Source of the DNA: Chrysomallon squamiferum
Lineage: Eukaryota; Animalia; Mollusca
Assembly (NCBI GenBank): GCA_012295275.1
Contig: CM022669.1
Span: 14,322,001-14,386,000, forward strand
Reading direction: 5' to 3'
DNA length: 64,000 nt
This document shows positions 20,844-35,431 of this stretch, piece after piece. The notes beneath the pieces were generated by a model. That model was not told the DNA's origin. It did not search any database and saw only the letters and a list, made by a program, of their open reading frames with translations. Each line of letters opens with the position of its first letter. The first letter of the stretch is position 1. Both the position numbers and the translations under genes were made by a program.

Positions 20844-23800
20844 GATTATTATTATTATTATTTTAAACTAAAATGCTTCATTATTAGTTGTTAAAGATAA
20901 ATTATTTCGTTCTTTTTTCAGACGATTTATTTATAACAACAACGACTAGTACTACTACTACTTCTACTACTGCTACTACTACTACTATTACTACTGCTGC
21001 TGCTGTTACTACTACTACTGCTATTAGTACTACTACTACTACAGTTCTTGTTCTACTTTTTATTATTATTATTATCATTAGTATTTGTTGTTGTTGTTGT
21101 TATTAAAATATTTCTCCGAGAAAATATATCTCAGATAAATTTCAATCTGGAAATTCTCTTTCGATATTCAAAAATGAATTAACCATGAACCTACATCCAA
21201 CTTTTTTATATCTCACTCACCAATCTGCGGTATTGAAAATAAATTCTTAATAATTCTTAGTAATGAATTAATGGAATTTAAGAAGGAAAACATTAAATTA
21301 TCTTAAATAAACTCTATGAAAATATGTTAAAGAAATCAATACGATAATCTAATAAGATAGATACTGGTCTGGGAGGACAGGTATGCTATATTTAGTAACA
21401 GTCAGTGACTTTTTACTCCCGGTGTATTTTGTCGAATGAAAATAGTTCCACAATTTAAATAGTTCCTAGGCAACGTTAAGTACAACGTGCCCAGGCCGTT
21501 TTCCTCCATTAAATATTGGCGATGATTTCAGTTTGTTTATTTTTTTGCAAAATCAATCTTCAAGGCTATATTTAAAATTAATATTTATTTATTTATTATT
21601 TATTTAATAATGCAGTTCTCATATTAAGAAGAAATGGATACTCAGAGAAAAAAAAGATAAGTGAAATGACAGTTCAGTTTAACAAATCTGTGATATTTTA
21701 TACTTTGTGTTTTTGTTTGTACGTTTAGCTTGTTTGTAAATATTCGTAGTTTTATAATCAGTTGTATATAAATTATGTTATCTTAGGATTTAATCAAGTC
21801 TAAATTTGTACGTGAATCTTTAAAAGGGATCGATATTAATCTTGGTAAAGTGTTATTTCTTCTTCTTCTTTTTTTTTTTTTTTTTTTTAACCTTGACTTC
21901 GTCTTAAATGATTATGACAGCTTTTGATCGTAAAAGAATTTTAAAATTCATTTCAAATATGTTATTCGGTCTTTTGAAAAATTTTCAATAAATCAGTAAC
22001 AAGAAAGAGTTCTAAAAATATTTTAATAATATAAAAAATAAGAATATAAATCTGATATAAAACTAATTATATATATATGTCACTATCAGTTTTATTACAC
22101 TTTCACTCATGTGAAAAATATTATTATTTTCATTATTATTATTATTATTATATTTATTATATCTTTTAAGAATCTATTTAAAATTATATGTTTTATGTAA
22201 ATAACTCGATTTCTGATAGTTTTGTAAATATTCAGCTATGTTTCAACATGTAAATATCTGATATGATGTTGTAATTAATTACATTTTTATAGATTCTGAC
22301 TATGGATTTAAATAAATCCAGTTTTAATGTAAACAAAATAATAAATAAATAATGCGTTACTATTACAATACTGTGCATGTTTGTGTTTGTGTAATATAAA
22401 TCCGTAAAACTGAAACATATTCTTGTTTTTCCATTAATCTGTTTTCCCGTTCCATCCAGTGTCTAGTTTATCCAAAACTGGCTGCAGAAAGATGCTTTGC
22501 TCTGATCCATAACATTAAGTTATGAAAAGACAACTCTGGTTTCCTTCCTCATTTTATACATTAACAATACGTGTATCTCATACTTAATTGTTAATGTGCA
22601 AATATCTTTTTTTTTTAATCATATCCCAGTTATTTACGAGAAAGACTCGTGAAATTGGAATGGGCGAAATCTCGTACTCTGCTGATTGGCTGATTAATGG
22701 GTTTTCAAAACATTTCGTTTACATATGATTTACTAAAGACTACAGCAGATTCTCGACATTACATGTTACAAATACGTCGACAGTTCATGTTACTACGTTT
22801 GTATATATATATATATATATAAACACAAACAAACACAAACACACACATACACACACACACATATATTGCTGATAAACATATGGATAATCTATTTCTGTTA
22901 AATATGTTGACGACCTCTTTATATTGAACACGTTGACAACTTACCCATAATACCCACATTCACTTCTGCATCACACACACGCACACTCACATATACACTC
23001 ACACACAAATACACAGTTTCTGTTTATTTCTAACAGAAGTCAAAAAACAGGCTGAAAGTGATTTCACATATATAAATATATATATATGATTTGTTTATCA
23101 TTACTTTATGTGGAACAGATAAAAACTGTATTTACGTATGTTTAAATTCACTCCACAAACTTATTTACTTGCTTTTTACTTTCTGCCTGAAAAACAAAAA
23201 TTTTATCGGGTTTCTTTTTTTTTTTTTTTTTTTTTTTTAATGTAGTCTATAAAAATAATAAAGTATATTCTGTAACTAATAATAACTTATGACAGAATTA
23301 TAAATGCGCTTTCGTTATAAGAAAATAGTAAAATTAACCTTGTATGTTTTTACAGTCCAGCTTTAATACATGCATACATACACCAAGCGTGTAGGAAATG
23401 TTGCTTGGCGAGAACACGTTTTAATGTAAGTTAAACGATTTGGAAAAACCAAAAAAAAAAAAAAACCCCAAAAAAAAAAACATTTATCTTGTGGAGATTC
23501 TACTGGGAAATAAAAAATAAATAAATAAATAAATAAAAATCAGTTGGTGTTATCTTGCTTGTAAAATATCTATTATGTCAACACAGACAAACAAAGAAAA
23601 CGGCCTGAAAAAATGTCACAGAGTCATGTACATTTTTCAATTCACAGATATGTTATTAGTGTAAAAAAATAAATAAAATAAAATAAATAAATAAAAAAAG
23701 TATTTGAGAACTTAGGTTAAAAAATATTATCTATGGCACTGAGTAAATAATTTTTTCCTAAAAACCAGCCTTTTAACATTATAAAGTTTGAAATAAAAAT

Positions 23801-24332
23801 GGAATTACATCCCATGTGGATGCATATTTTCGTGAAGTTATTTCGTACATAAAAAAGAAAATAAATGCGTGACTGTCTGAGTTTACGTCATCGATGTCAC
23901 CGTCATCGTCATTATAACATCATCATCACCATCATCATCATCATTACTGTTACTTTTATTTATTTATTTATATATTTTGCAAATAATTAACTCAACAATT
24001 CAGGTTATTGCCACCCGTTATTCAATGCACGAACGTATTAAATAAGAGAGTAATACTAAACGTCTTCATAAACAAAGATAATTTTTTCAAATCACGACAC
24101 TTTTCATGATGTAAACAATTTTAAAAACATTATCCAGACAAAAGAGCATTGCCATCCATTACGGACAGAAAACATGACGTCATTTTGACGTTGTTAACGT
24201 TACCAGTTCAGTACAGCACCAGATGTAGTGTATGCAGTTCAGTAATTATTTCTGTTGTTTTTATTACACAAAATCTTTTAAAGATCACGTTTATCGATTT
24301 CAGCCTCTGTTTTTATTTTCACTGAAAGACCA

Positions 24333-24369
<37 letters not shown>

Positions 24370-25182
24370 ATCTGACATAAGTAAATTGATTTTTTTTTTT
24401 GGTTAATATCAGTAGATATTAATACAAGAACATACACACATTCGCATACAACAAAATGCGCAGTATTTTTGGTTATGTGTACGCATATGTACAAAAAGTA
24501 AATCTGGCTTTAATTTTACTCGTTAATTTCTCTCGCTTTCTGTCTCTCTGTCCCATTCCCTGCCTATTTAGTATTCTGTGTCTCTGTCATTCCCTCTTTC
24601 TTTTTGTATCTGTGTATGTGTCTCTCTTGCATAAATACTTTGTGTATGTGTATCCATGTGTGTGTGTGTGTGTGTGTGTGTGTTAGGTGTTTGTGTAAAG
24701 TGAAAAGCCAAATAATTGCACTTAAAATTAAAATTTATTAAAAGAATTTTACATTAAAACTTGTTTTACAATCAGTATGAATCATGAATAAACAAACACG
24801 AAATACAACAGCGAGGCACAAACACAATGACTTGTTAATGGCTTAAAATAGAAAACTTCTAAACTTTTTAATTTATACAGTTGCACAATTAGAATTAAAA
24901 GAAAAAAGAAAAATAACAATAATAATAACAATAATAAATTAAAGAAAAATAAAATAAAACAAAAAAAGTTATTGCTTAAAGTACAAAGATGCTACAGAAC
25001 GCTTAAGCATTAATACACAACGGTTATTTTTCAATCTGAATGTCGACTGGTTTTCATCGTAACAAGTGCCAAATGAAAGAGAGAAACATTAATTGTGTTA
25101 AAAATAAAATAAACTGAGTGAACGATACGAAAATGATAACAAGATGGTCGGACTGTGTATTATGGACATATGATTTGTGTTC

Positions 25183-25215
<33 letters not shown>

Positions 25216-26361
25216 TTATGAATAACGTAAAAGTATTAGATCCCTGTTTAAACTGATCGGCCATCTAGAAAAAATAAAAATGAAGAAACGAAGAGTTGCC
25301 TCCCTTCGTACTTGACCTGCACAACGTCAGTGGATTCTCAGGAATATGGTTTAGAACCTAGCCAAATTAACACGTTTTTCTTTTTATTTTCCTTTTTCTT
25401 TTCAGTTTTATTTCCTTTTAAGTACATTAACAATAACTGTTAAAACTGTTGTTATTATTTTTTTTTAAGAATTAAAAATTTAAAACCCCGGACATTCTTA
25501 CCGGCGATTATAATGCTTGACATTTATCTAACAAAAAGTTGTTTTTTTTTTTTTATCAAAACGATTGCTCTATCGTTAAAAGATTTCTGTTACAAAATAT
25601 ATATAAATGTATATTCCTACGCACATCAATAGTTTTAATTGAAGTATTGTATTATAGTAGTTATTTTAGTTACAAAAGGTATTGAAAAATAGGATTCCTT
25701 ATTTTTTTATTATTATTATTTTATTTTTTTTGAATTATATGAATGTTTTTTTTTTTTTTTTTTTTTTTTTATTATTATTATTCTTTTTTATTATTATTAT
25801 TTTTTGTTTTGACTCCATACACTTTTCATTTTTATCTTTTACTTGTATTTGGAACTTCTGCATTATTATTATTATGATTATGATTATGATTATCGATATT
25901 TTTCATAAATTTTCTTGATCTTTTTTCTTTTCGTTTTCGTATGCCATTCAAAGGTGTTAATAATAAAAAAACTTTTTCTATTGTATGTGAAAGATACCTT
26001 TTATTCTGAAAAAAAAAAAAATAACATTTGTAAAAACAGATTTAAAGATGCTGTTATATTTACATATTTATATATGTATGTGTATTTTCATATCTGATAT
26101 AAGAATGTGATAGCTAAATAATAAAAAAAAAAGGGTTAAAAATAATTTTAAGAATGTTTGAGTGACGTAACAACCAACACCGTGCCTAATGTGTCGAACT
26201 TCATAAGACATCTCCGACGTTATGACCACGTCATCCATGACGTCATTTTCTCTTTTGTTTTACAACTCTGACCAATCGTGTGTGTGTGTGTACTATTACA
26301 TCCTTATTATACAGCAAGCCTAGAGATCAGTAGCGACAACAAAATGGCGGCTATGAAAGGT

Positions 26362-27192
26362 TTATGATAAGGCACGGACGACGAAGGCGCTGACGAGTGA
26401 GAACGCTAACCACTGGACAGAGTGCAGGGACGGACATCCACTTTGCGTTGTACTTTCTTCTGCGCTTGGCTCTGGTGACGTCACTAAAACAAGTAAATTA
26501 AAGAATTAATAAACTGGATTTGCTGAAAACTAAAATTTTACATAGCTACATACTTACATAAATAAATTTAATGACAGAACAAAACAATACAAAATGCATA
26601 AAGAAACACATAAACACTTTCTTAACAGATATATTTATATATACGTAAGTATATATCATACACGCGTATACTTATATACACACGTACATACATTATATAT
26701 ACATACATACGTACAGGCACACACACACACGCATATATATATATATATATATATACATGCATACAAATTCTTATGTGCTTACATATATAAATATATACAT
26801 ACATACATACACAGATATAAAATTACTGTTGTTATAATATACACTGATTTTTTTCTTAATGCTTATTACATACTTTATAATATATTAATCCAGTATAAAA
26901 GGTATTTTACATTAAAAAAATACAGTGTAAATAGAACTGTCAAGAAATGTACATATTTAATTATCAGTAAACGAATATTTGAAACTACACAATAACTTAT
27001 ATGTTTATGAAATACATTTATTAATAAAGGTTTGAAATGTAATGAAACTGTATTAAATGTCTGCATACGTGTGTACTAATGCAGATACTTACTTTCCTCT
27101 GAAGTTGCTTCGGGTTCAGCTGAAGTAGTAGCTCTGACAATGTAGGCAGCACCGACCAGCATGAGAAAGATAACAAACAACCACGACCTCAT
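26362..27192 (-). CDS. Small secreted, putatively GPI-anchored S/T/E/P-rich peptide (73 aa; CD24/CD52-like architecture)
   Basis: Exons 27192-27093 (acceptor tttcag before 27209, donor A|gtaagt) and 26483-26362 (acceptor ttttag) join at phase 1: MRSWLFVIFLMLVGAAYIVRATTSAEPEATSEEMTSPEPSAEESTTQSGCPSLHSVQWLAFSLVSAFVVRALS*. Both exons are GC-richer than their flanks. Confidence 0.85.
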
Positions 27193-28245
27193 TGTGACAG
27201 CTTGTAAATCTGAAATCAAAGTTACAAGTCAGATTTTTTAATTTGTAAATACGTATTTGTAAATACGACCAGTCTAATTCAGTCTGATTTCTAACCTACA
27301 CGTAATTAATTATCTCACGATTTTTTTCTTTTGTAAAAGTGATGTTGTCGTCGTGAAGATGAAGGGACACAGTAAATCAGATTTACAACCTCGTTTAACA
27401 GTGAGTCATGTGATCATTTCAATCAGCACTGAGGTTTGAAATCAAAATTATAAATATAGCATTAAAATAATGTTTCCGTTAACTCTTTGCTATTGTGATA
27501 ATCTTACAAATCTGAAATAGAATTTACAAATACTGGATTTTAAATACTATCTCACTTTCATGTTTGTAAATGTGTAATCTTACAAATGTGAAATCAAAAT
27601 TACAAATATTGGATTTTGTACAAATACTGTCGGTTTCATCCAAAATCTGAAATCAACATAGATCTGTTTTCGTTTGTAAGTGTGATGACCTCTAAGAATT
27701 ATTAAATTTGTCTAATATTTGACATGTCAAATCGTTTGTTTATGAAACTATAAATAAACAACCTCTGCCTCAGATGAAAAAAACTAAAATATAAACAAAC
27801 TTTAAAAACTACAAGAATTAGATTTACGATAAGACAGTAAGACTGTGATTTATATTACAAGGTTATTGTATCAAACGCAGAAGCACTGTCAGAATAAATT
27901 AAACTAAATTAACTGGAAGACACATGGCAGGGAAAAGGTAATAAATTAATTAGTACACAGATACAACATTAGTAAAATATGTAAAAAAAAAAAGAAAAGA
28001 TGTAAAATAAAAATAAACGTGCAATCAATCTGCAGAAACCACTCAAATTTCCAAAACTGTTTATGTCAAAACATCGTAATTAATAAATAGGCTAAATCGA
28101 ATATTACTAATTCCAGAGATATGATTAATACAAGAAGATTGTTGTTATTGAAATAATTAGGTAAAATAGTCAATGAAATGTTCATTTTAAACAGTTTTTA
28201 TAAATGTTTTACATTTATCGTTCGTTTTTCTCTGCACATCAGTGG

Positions 28246-28341
<96 letters not shown>

Positions 28342-28937
28342 CTGTATATACTTGTGTACAAGGCGACCTTATGTATAAGTCGATGTGTATTTTAAGACCA
28401 AAAATCGCGTTATTTTAGGTATTACTTGTGTATAAGTCGACTGTAGATTCCAGGCACCGTCACTTTGTTTTCGATTTGTCGGTAGTGGATATTAATGACG
28501 ATTGCAATATTATTTCACCAAATTCTTTACAATTACACAAGTGAGTTTTGTTTATGAAATTAGGACCGATATTTAGTGCAATTTGGCAGAGAAGTCTGCA
28601 TTCCTAGATCATTGCAAGACGCCGTAAGGCATAACGCCGTACTGACGTTTTTTTCGCTTTAAACTGTATTTTTATGTCATTAAACGGAAGAATATCATGT
28701 TTTACATTCATATTTGGTTTTATTATTTAATTTTTCAAAATTTTTTATACGATAAAATTATATTTTTGAAAAGCTGAAAGACCGCGATTATTTTAGATGC
28801 ATCCCGTAGCAAAAAATAGTCAAAATGGCGACTCTTCAGCAACAGCTACAAAAGCATTACCTATGTATAAGTCGACCCCCAAAATATTACCTTAATATAG
28901 CCTCCCAAAAATTCGACTTATACACAAGTATATACGG
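28342..28937. mobile_element. Non-autonomous Tc1/mariner-superfamily (Tc2/pogo-type) DNA transposon, 596 bp
   Basis: TA|ctgtatatacttgtgtacaaggcga ... tcgacttatacacaagtatatacgg|TA gives ~25-bp TIRs with TA on both sides. Internal gtataagtcga repeats at ~28373, ~28430 and ~28865. No transposase ORF. Confidence 0.85.
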
Positions 28938-29724
28938 TATTTAAAACAAAATTAATTCGTACATTTTTAACTTAACTATGAATTAAAAACTTAAAACTGT
29001 ATTCAGTATAACAACAAGCTTCATACTGCATTCATAAAATGTGAAATGGTTCGTATGTTACGTCTAAATAAGCATTTTCCTTTCTCAACAAATTAGGGTT
29101 TAATACGATTTTGAATAATTTCAAAAAAAAAAAAAAAAAAAAAGTAATAATCTAGGACTGTTTTCTCTCTCTTTCTCTCTTTTTTCATTATTATTATTAT
29201 TATTATTTTTTTTTTTTTAAGAATATAAAAAAGAAAAACAAAAACATGTAGAATTATCCCCGTTTATATTTAGTCCTTGCCGTAATTTGATATGGAAATT
29301 GGTTAAAAAAAAGATCGGGAAGAAATAATCATACAGTTTTAAAATTACGACGATAAATAACTAACGTTTTGCACGGGCTGGCTACCCAATAATTACACAA
29401 CTCCGCCCCTTCTCGTTAGTAGCCCGGAGCGTCTTCCAGAACGGCGCAAAGCGTGTACGATACTCAGACAAACTGTATGGATTTTCTGTCACAGTGTTGT
29501 GTATACCCTGACATCCACGAGTGTTGTTGTCGATGCTGATCGGAGTAAAACAATAACAAGCTGCAAGGAATCGAAGTGTTTGCAAACAACGTGCTTTTTT
29601 ACCCTATAATAATAACTTAAATGGAGATTATGGTACATACGATGATGAAAAGAAGATAAAAGGAATAAGAAAACGAACTCGAATATGAGTAATCTGTTAA
29701 CATAAATGTTATTAATCTCTCTCT

Positions 29725-29812
<88 letters not shown>

Positions 29813-29890
29813 GGTCTCTCTCTCTTCTCTCTCTCTCTCTCTGTTTCTCAGGTATATCATTGTATTTGTCACTCTCTCCCGTGTGTCAGG

Positions 29891-29967
<77 letters not shown>

Positions 29968-30484
29968 CCTCTTTCTATCTATCCATCTGTCTGTCTCTGA
30001 CTGAATATCTCAACTCTCTTTCTCTCAATAATTATATTGTTAAAGCTATAGTTTAAAGGTACAAAATAATGTTGACGTTATTTATTAAATGCATGATCAA
30101 AAATATTAAGGTTGACATACGTTTCTCTTTCTCTAAGACACAATTATAACTATTCCTGATATTACAATTAACCACAACAATATTTTTAGTTTTAGCCAAA
30201 CAAAGACAATATTAAAATAACAAAAACTGATTTTAGTTAGAACGGAGTATTGATGAGTACGTAAATCTATTTCTTACTAACCAAAATAGCAGGTAAACAA
30301 AAAATCTAGCTCTAGGGAACAGTTCTAACTGAAATTAAATATTAACTAATAAAATTATGACATCCCGTGTATCAACTCTAATAAATGAAATGCCAAATAA
30401 ATACGACACGAGAAATTAAGCCAATTAATATGACAGCTTACAGAAACTAATATATTCTCTGGAATTTAAGCTGAAGTATATATC

Positions 30485-30516
<32 letters not shown>

Positions 30517-30569
30517 GCGTTAATAAATATAATTAAAAGCGTAACACAAAGTCTATTTAAATATCGACC

Positions 30570-30990
30570 TTATGATGCAGAGTCTACATAATCATAGGCT
30601 GTGCTAAATCAAAAAGCTATGTCAACATAAATTTAGGCTGTGAAATGCTAGGTCTAGATAATTATAGGCTGTAGGCCGTTATGTCTACAGAAAGCTATGT
30701 CTACGCAAATAAAGGCAGTACAATGATAAATCAAGATAATTAGAGGCTGTTGAATGCTAGATCTACATAATTATAGACTGCAGAATGTTTGGTTCACATA
30801 ATTAATGGTTACTATTGCTAGATGTATATAATTATAAATTACTGAAGCTTAATTAATTAAAACTTGTTGAATTCGAAATGTTCTTAATCAAAGGCTACTG
30901 AATAGTAGATCTACTTAATTGCAAGACACTGAATGCCAAGTCTACATAACTGCGGACTCCTGAATACTCGATCTACTAAAATGTAGGCTT
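30570..30990. repeat. Degenerate ~32-bp tandem repeat (atgctagatctacataattataggctg)
   Basis: About a dozen diverged units seen by eye. Confidence 0.65.
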
Positions 30991-33399
30991 TTTTTTAATT
31001 ATTATTATTATTTTTTTTTATAATCAAATATTTTTAAACTGTCTTCTGCAGAATAGAGAACCAAAATGGCGGCATATTCTTTTCTTTTTTTTTCAAAACC
31101 GTGTTAATTTGTTTCTTGTCAATAACACACAACCTTCGCGAATTAAATAATAATTTTTTTTCTTTTTTTTTTCTTCTTTTTTCTTTTTTTTTTTTAAATG
31201 AAGATAATCGGAATATCTAATATGAAAGGATAATATTTGCTTGGAAATTCAAATTTAAAGATAATCTTCTTGTTTTACGCTGCAGTCAGAAGCGCAAACA
31301 GTGCGAAATGTAACAAACATCGTGCTGTGTACTGTGTTAACTGTGGACTGTACTGTCCTTTGTCTTCGCCGTGTAATTAGAGATCCTGCAGCCGAGAAAA
31401 GTAATCTTCTTCCGAGAAAAATAATGTAAAAGATTTTTCTCTTGTTTGTCTGTACTAAGCTGTCTTACTCGAATTATTCAGCATTGTTGTACAAGCGCTA
31501 GATTTTAGACCGCTATGCACGAATTTCTAAATATTGTTAAAATTATTTTTAGTTCTTTTTTTTTTTTCGAATTTCTTATTTTGCTAAACGGTTTCTAGAA
31601 GCTGGCCTCTTTCTTCTGTTTGAATTTCTCACATTGATAAAGTGTCTCTCTGTATTTTTAGTTTGTTCTCATGGAATTTCTACATTTTATAATTTTAAAC
31701 AAAGTCTAATCTGTTTCCACATTTTTTTTTTTTTTTCAACTTTATTCCTTAGATTTCATGTTTTATGTTTTAAAGTCGGGACTATAATTATCAAGAAACG
31801 GAAACGAAAACGTGGCTCATATTTTTTTTTTTTTTTTCTATTACATATATTTTTTTTTGTTTGTTAAGGAATTTTTAAAAAACCCACTCGCACATAAATC
31901 GAAAATAAAACTGAATTATAGGAGCTATTCTCGAATTACGAAAGATATCAACGAATATTTGTGGGATATTTTTCTCAGCCTCATTTATTTTCTCTGCGTG
32001 ATATATTATTTTTCACTTTTTATTTTATTTTTATTATTATTTTTATTTTTTTTAATTAATGACTTCCTCCTTACTTACTGCACCCTAAACCAAAGTTCAG
32101 TCGCACTTTCCAACGCGTTCATAATTCGAAATGCCTAAACTTAAACATTGCGAGATACACGTCAACAACGAATCCAGCTTCACAGAACTATCAAAACACA
32201 CTTCCATGTCCAAGCGGTAATAAAGATAAAAAAAAAAAAAAAAAATGTTTTTAATTATCTTCCCCATCTGACTATGTACGGAAGAAGACAAAGGAAGAAC
32301 ATCAGAGAAGAACAACAGTACGTACACACACAGTAAGCACTCGAGTTCTCCTACTACTCCGACGACGACGTATTTGCCAATACGTTTCTCTTTGTTCGTT
32401 CATTACCTGACAGCAGTCAGCGCCGCAGGAAATAGATGAAGAGCCATTTCATTCTGACTGTCAGCTAATGGCTGTTTGCTTTCCAGAGCACGATGACACG
32501 ACCAGAAATGTTACGACATTCACACAGGGAGAAGGACGAACGAGTTTGTTGATTACGTGATGCAAATATTGTCATTTTGCGAAGCTGTTAGATTTTTTAA
32601 AAAAAAGATAGACAGCGTTCGTTCAACCCCGAGGCATGTTTGGCTTGCAGGATCGGTTCTCCGCGGTGAACCAAATCGAGTGACTTCCATTCCAGTGCGG
32701 ATGTCGTACTGGAGTTTCGAAGAGAGGAAAATGCATTTTTCATGTCAGACAAAAAAATAAATTAATAATAATAATAAAAATAAAAATAAATAAGTAAAGA
32801 AAAAGAAAAAAGAAGGACTCTTTGCTAATCGATAAATGAAAGTCACGGAATTGCAACTGTAAGCTGTTTCAATGACGTAATCATCTCATTACTTAAATAT
32901 CTAACCATCAATCATTACTGTACATTTACTTACTGTCAGTATCACAACGAATGCCGGAAAATTATAAAGGTAAAAGACAATATATGTAAAGATGTAAAGG
33001 ACATACATATACGTAAAACATATATAGTCATTATGTAACGAGAAAAAAACAACAAACCCCCCCCCCTGAAAATGTCAATATAATACAATTACGTAGAGAG
33101 TAAATAAAATAATCTATCACATCTTTCGATTTTTAGGAATATAATTATTCTCTAATCTTCGTTTCTCATTAGATTTCATAATATCAGAAAGCCAATAATA
33201 ATTTATCGTAATCACTCTGATAAATCTTATAGCATTAATTATTATGACGTTTATTATTATTTTTTAAATTTGTACATTAGTAGCTTTTTGTTTTTCATAT
33301 TACAGACTGATCCTGTTTCCAAAAACGTTGCAGATATTGTTAATTCGTGATTGTATTATTATTTATATACGTATATATGGGTACATGAAAATCTCTTAA

Positions 33400-33610
<211 letters not shown>

Positions 33611-35398
33611 CTATGTATGTATGTATGTATGTCTGGACGAGACTGATACTATTTTATATCTTTCTTATTTAAGTGTATGTAAATGTGTTTGTGTGTGTGT
33701 GTGTGTCTGTATGTCTGTAAGTATGTGTGTATGTGTATGAGTCACGTGTCTATGGTTCTATATGGGTGTGCACACACGATTATGTGTTCATTACACTCAT
33801 TTAATTAAAATAAAAATAAAATCATGTAATTTTGTAATCAAACTGTAATTCATCCAGATTCTACTTTCTTTAATTTACTCCTCTTTTTTTTCAGTCTTTC
33901 TTTTCGTTCTGTATTTTTTAAAACATTCTTTTACTTCGTTATAATTTATTTAAAACTCTGAAAAAGGATTACAGCAGTGAATGTAATAGAGTGCAGCTTA
34001 GACTCAGAAAAGTATCATTGTCACCCTCTTTGAAGACGAATCTCTCTCTTTATTATTTTTTTTTTCTTCTTCACTTAAATAAGAAAGCTATAAAATAGCA
34101 TCAGCTATACTAATACAAAACTTGTATGCGGACTTGCCAATCTATCACTGAGTGGACAGTTGAAACATTGATAAATACATGCACTTTCATTTCTCAGGCA
34201 TATGATCCAAGAACTTAGGATTTGTACAAAATTCAGTGTTAGTCTGCAAGATAATTAATTAGTGATATGACAGGACTCAGTGGTCTTGAAAGTCTAAGAA
34301 ATTAGCCAAGCTTTGCTTTCAGTAGGTAAAATTCCTATGGCAGATGAGATGAATTAAAATAATTATCCTCTGTCTTGGACAGAACTCTCTGGCGAATTCT
34401 GAGGTTATGTTCACGATAGGCGTACTTGAATATAGTTAATTCTCTGCTGGAAACAGGCTAAATATTTACCCACACATTAATTATTATTTGTTCATACTTT
34501 TATCATAGGAATTGTCTGGTGATCATAACACATACGTAAGATTTTGCTCTTCAAAACTGGTTGGAATGGGAAATTGTGGAATGAACAGCTATCTTAGTGA
34601 AAAATAGTTCTTATTTATTTAAACACTGCTCACACAGTATGGTCTTCCATACCCATACGGTGGCGGGGCCCTGCCTGGAACGGGAAATGCTAAATTAGAA
34701 GAATACTAAAACAGGCATCAAGCGAACCTCTTCAGCTGAGCACAACATTTTCGAAATAGATTTATAACGGGCAGACATAACCCCATATGAACATAACCCA
34801 TTAAAATGAGAAGAAAAAGAAGAAAAAAAAAGAAGAAAATATAGATGCCATATTGTTGTGTCTGAAACAATTTCACTAAGATGTTTATTGCAGTAACCTT
34901 TTGCGTGCGGTTTGCGAAATTCCCCCTTGTCAACGTGAAGCCGCATTATTACTGACTGATCTTCTTAAACAGAAAATCTGATTATATCACCGCTGACATC
35001 CTCGGCTATCTCTGTGAGTCATTGTCACGCTGGATAATTGGCGGACAATCACCTCGGTGCCGCTACTAACATGGCCGAATTATAAAAACACTACAAAAAT
35101 CTTCTATAGTCGATTGGACACATCGAGTTGGCATGTTGTTCCGAGATCACTTTAAAATCATCATTTATAAGAGATTAGTTATACTTCTGTCGCTATTTTA
35201 TCACGATCTTTCTTTCTGCTCTGGTTTGAAAAGCAAATAATCCGTTCCAATTAAAGGCAGTCCGGTCATTAATTTTGTTCTGTGAACATCTGGCGTTATT
35301 TTTCTTACAGCAAGTTTAGACTATCTCCAAAAACATTCATGCGCCGTTTTTTCATACGCGCATCCGTGCAAGGTTAGTTAGTTCGTTTAAAAAACAAA

Positions 35399-35431
<33 letters not shown>

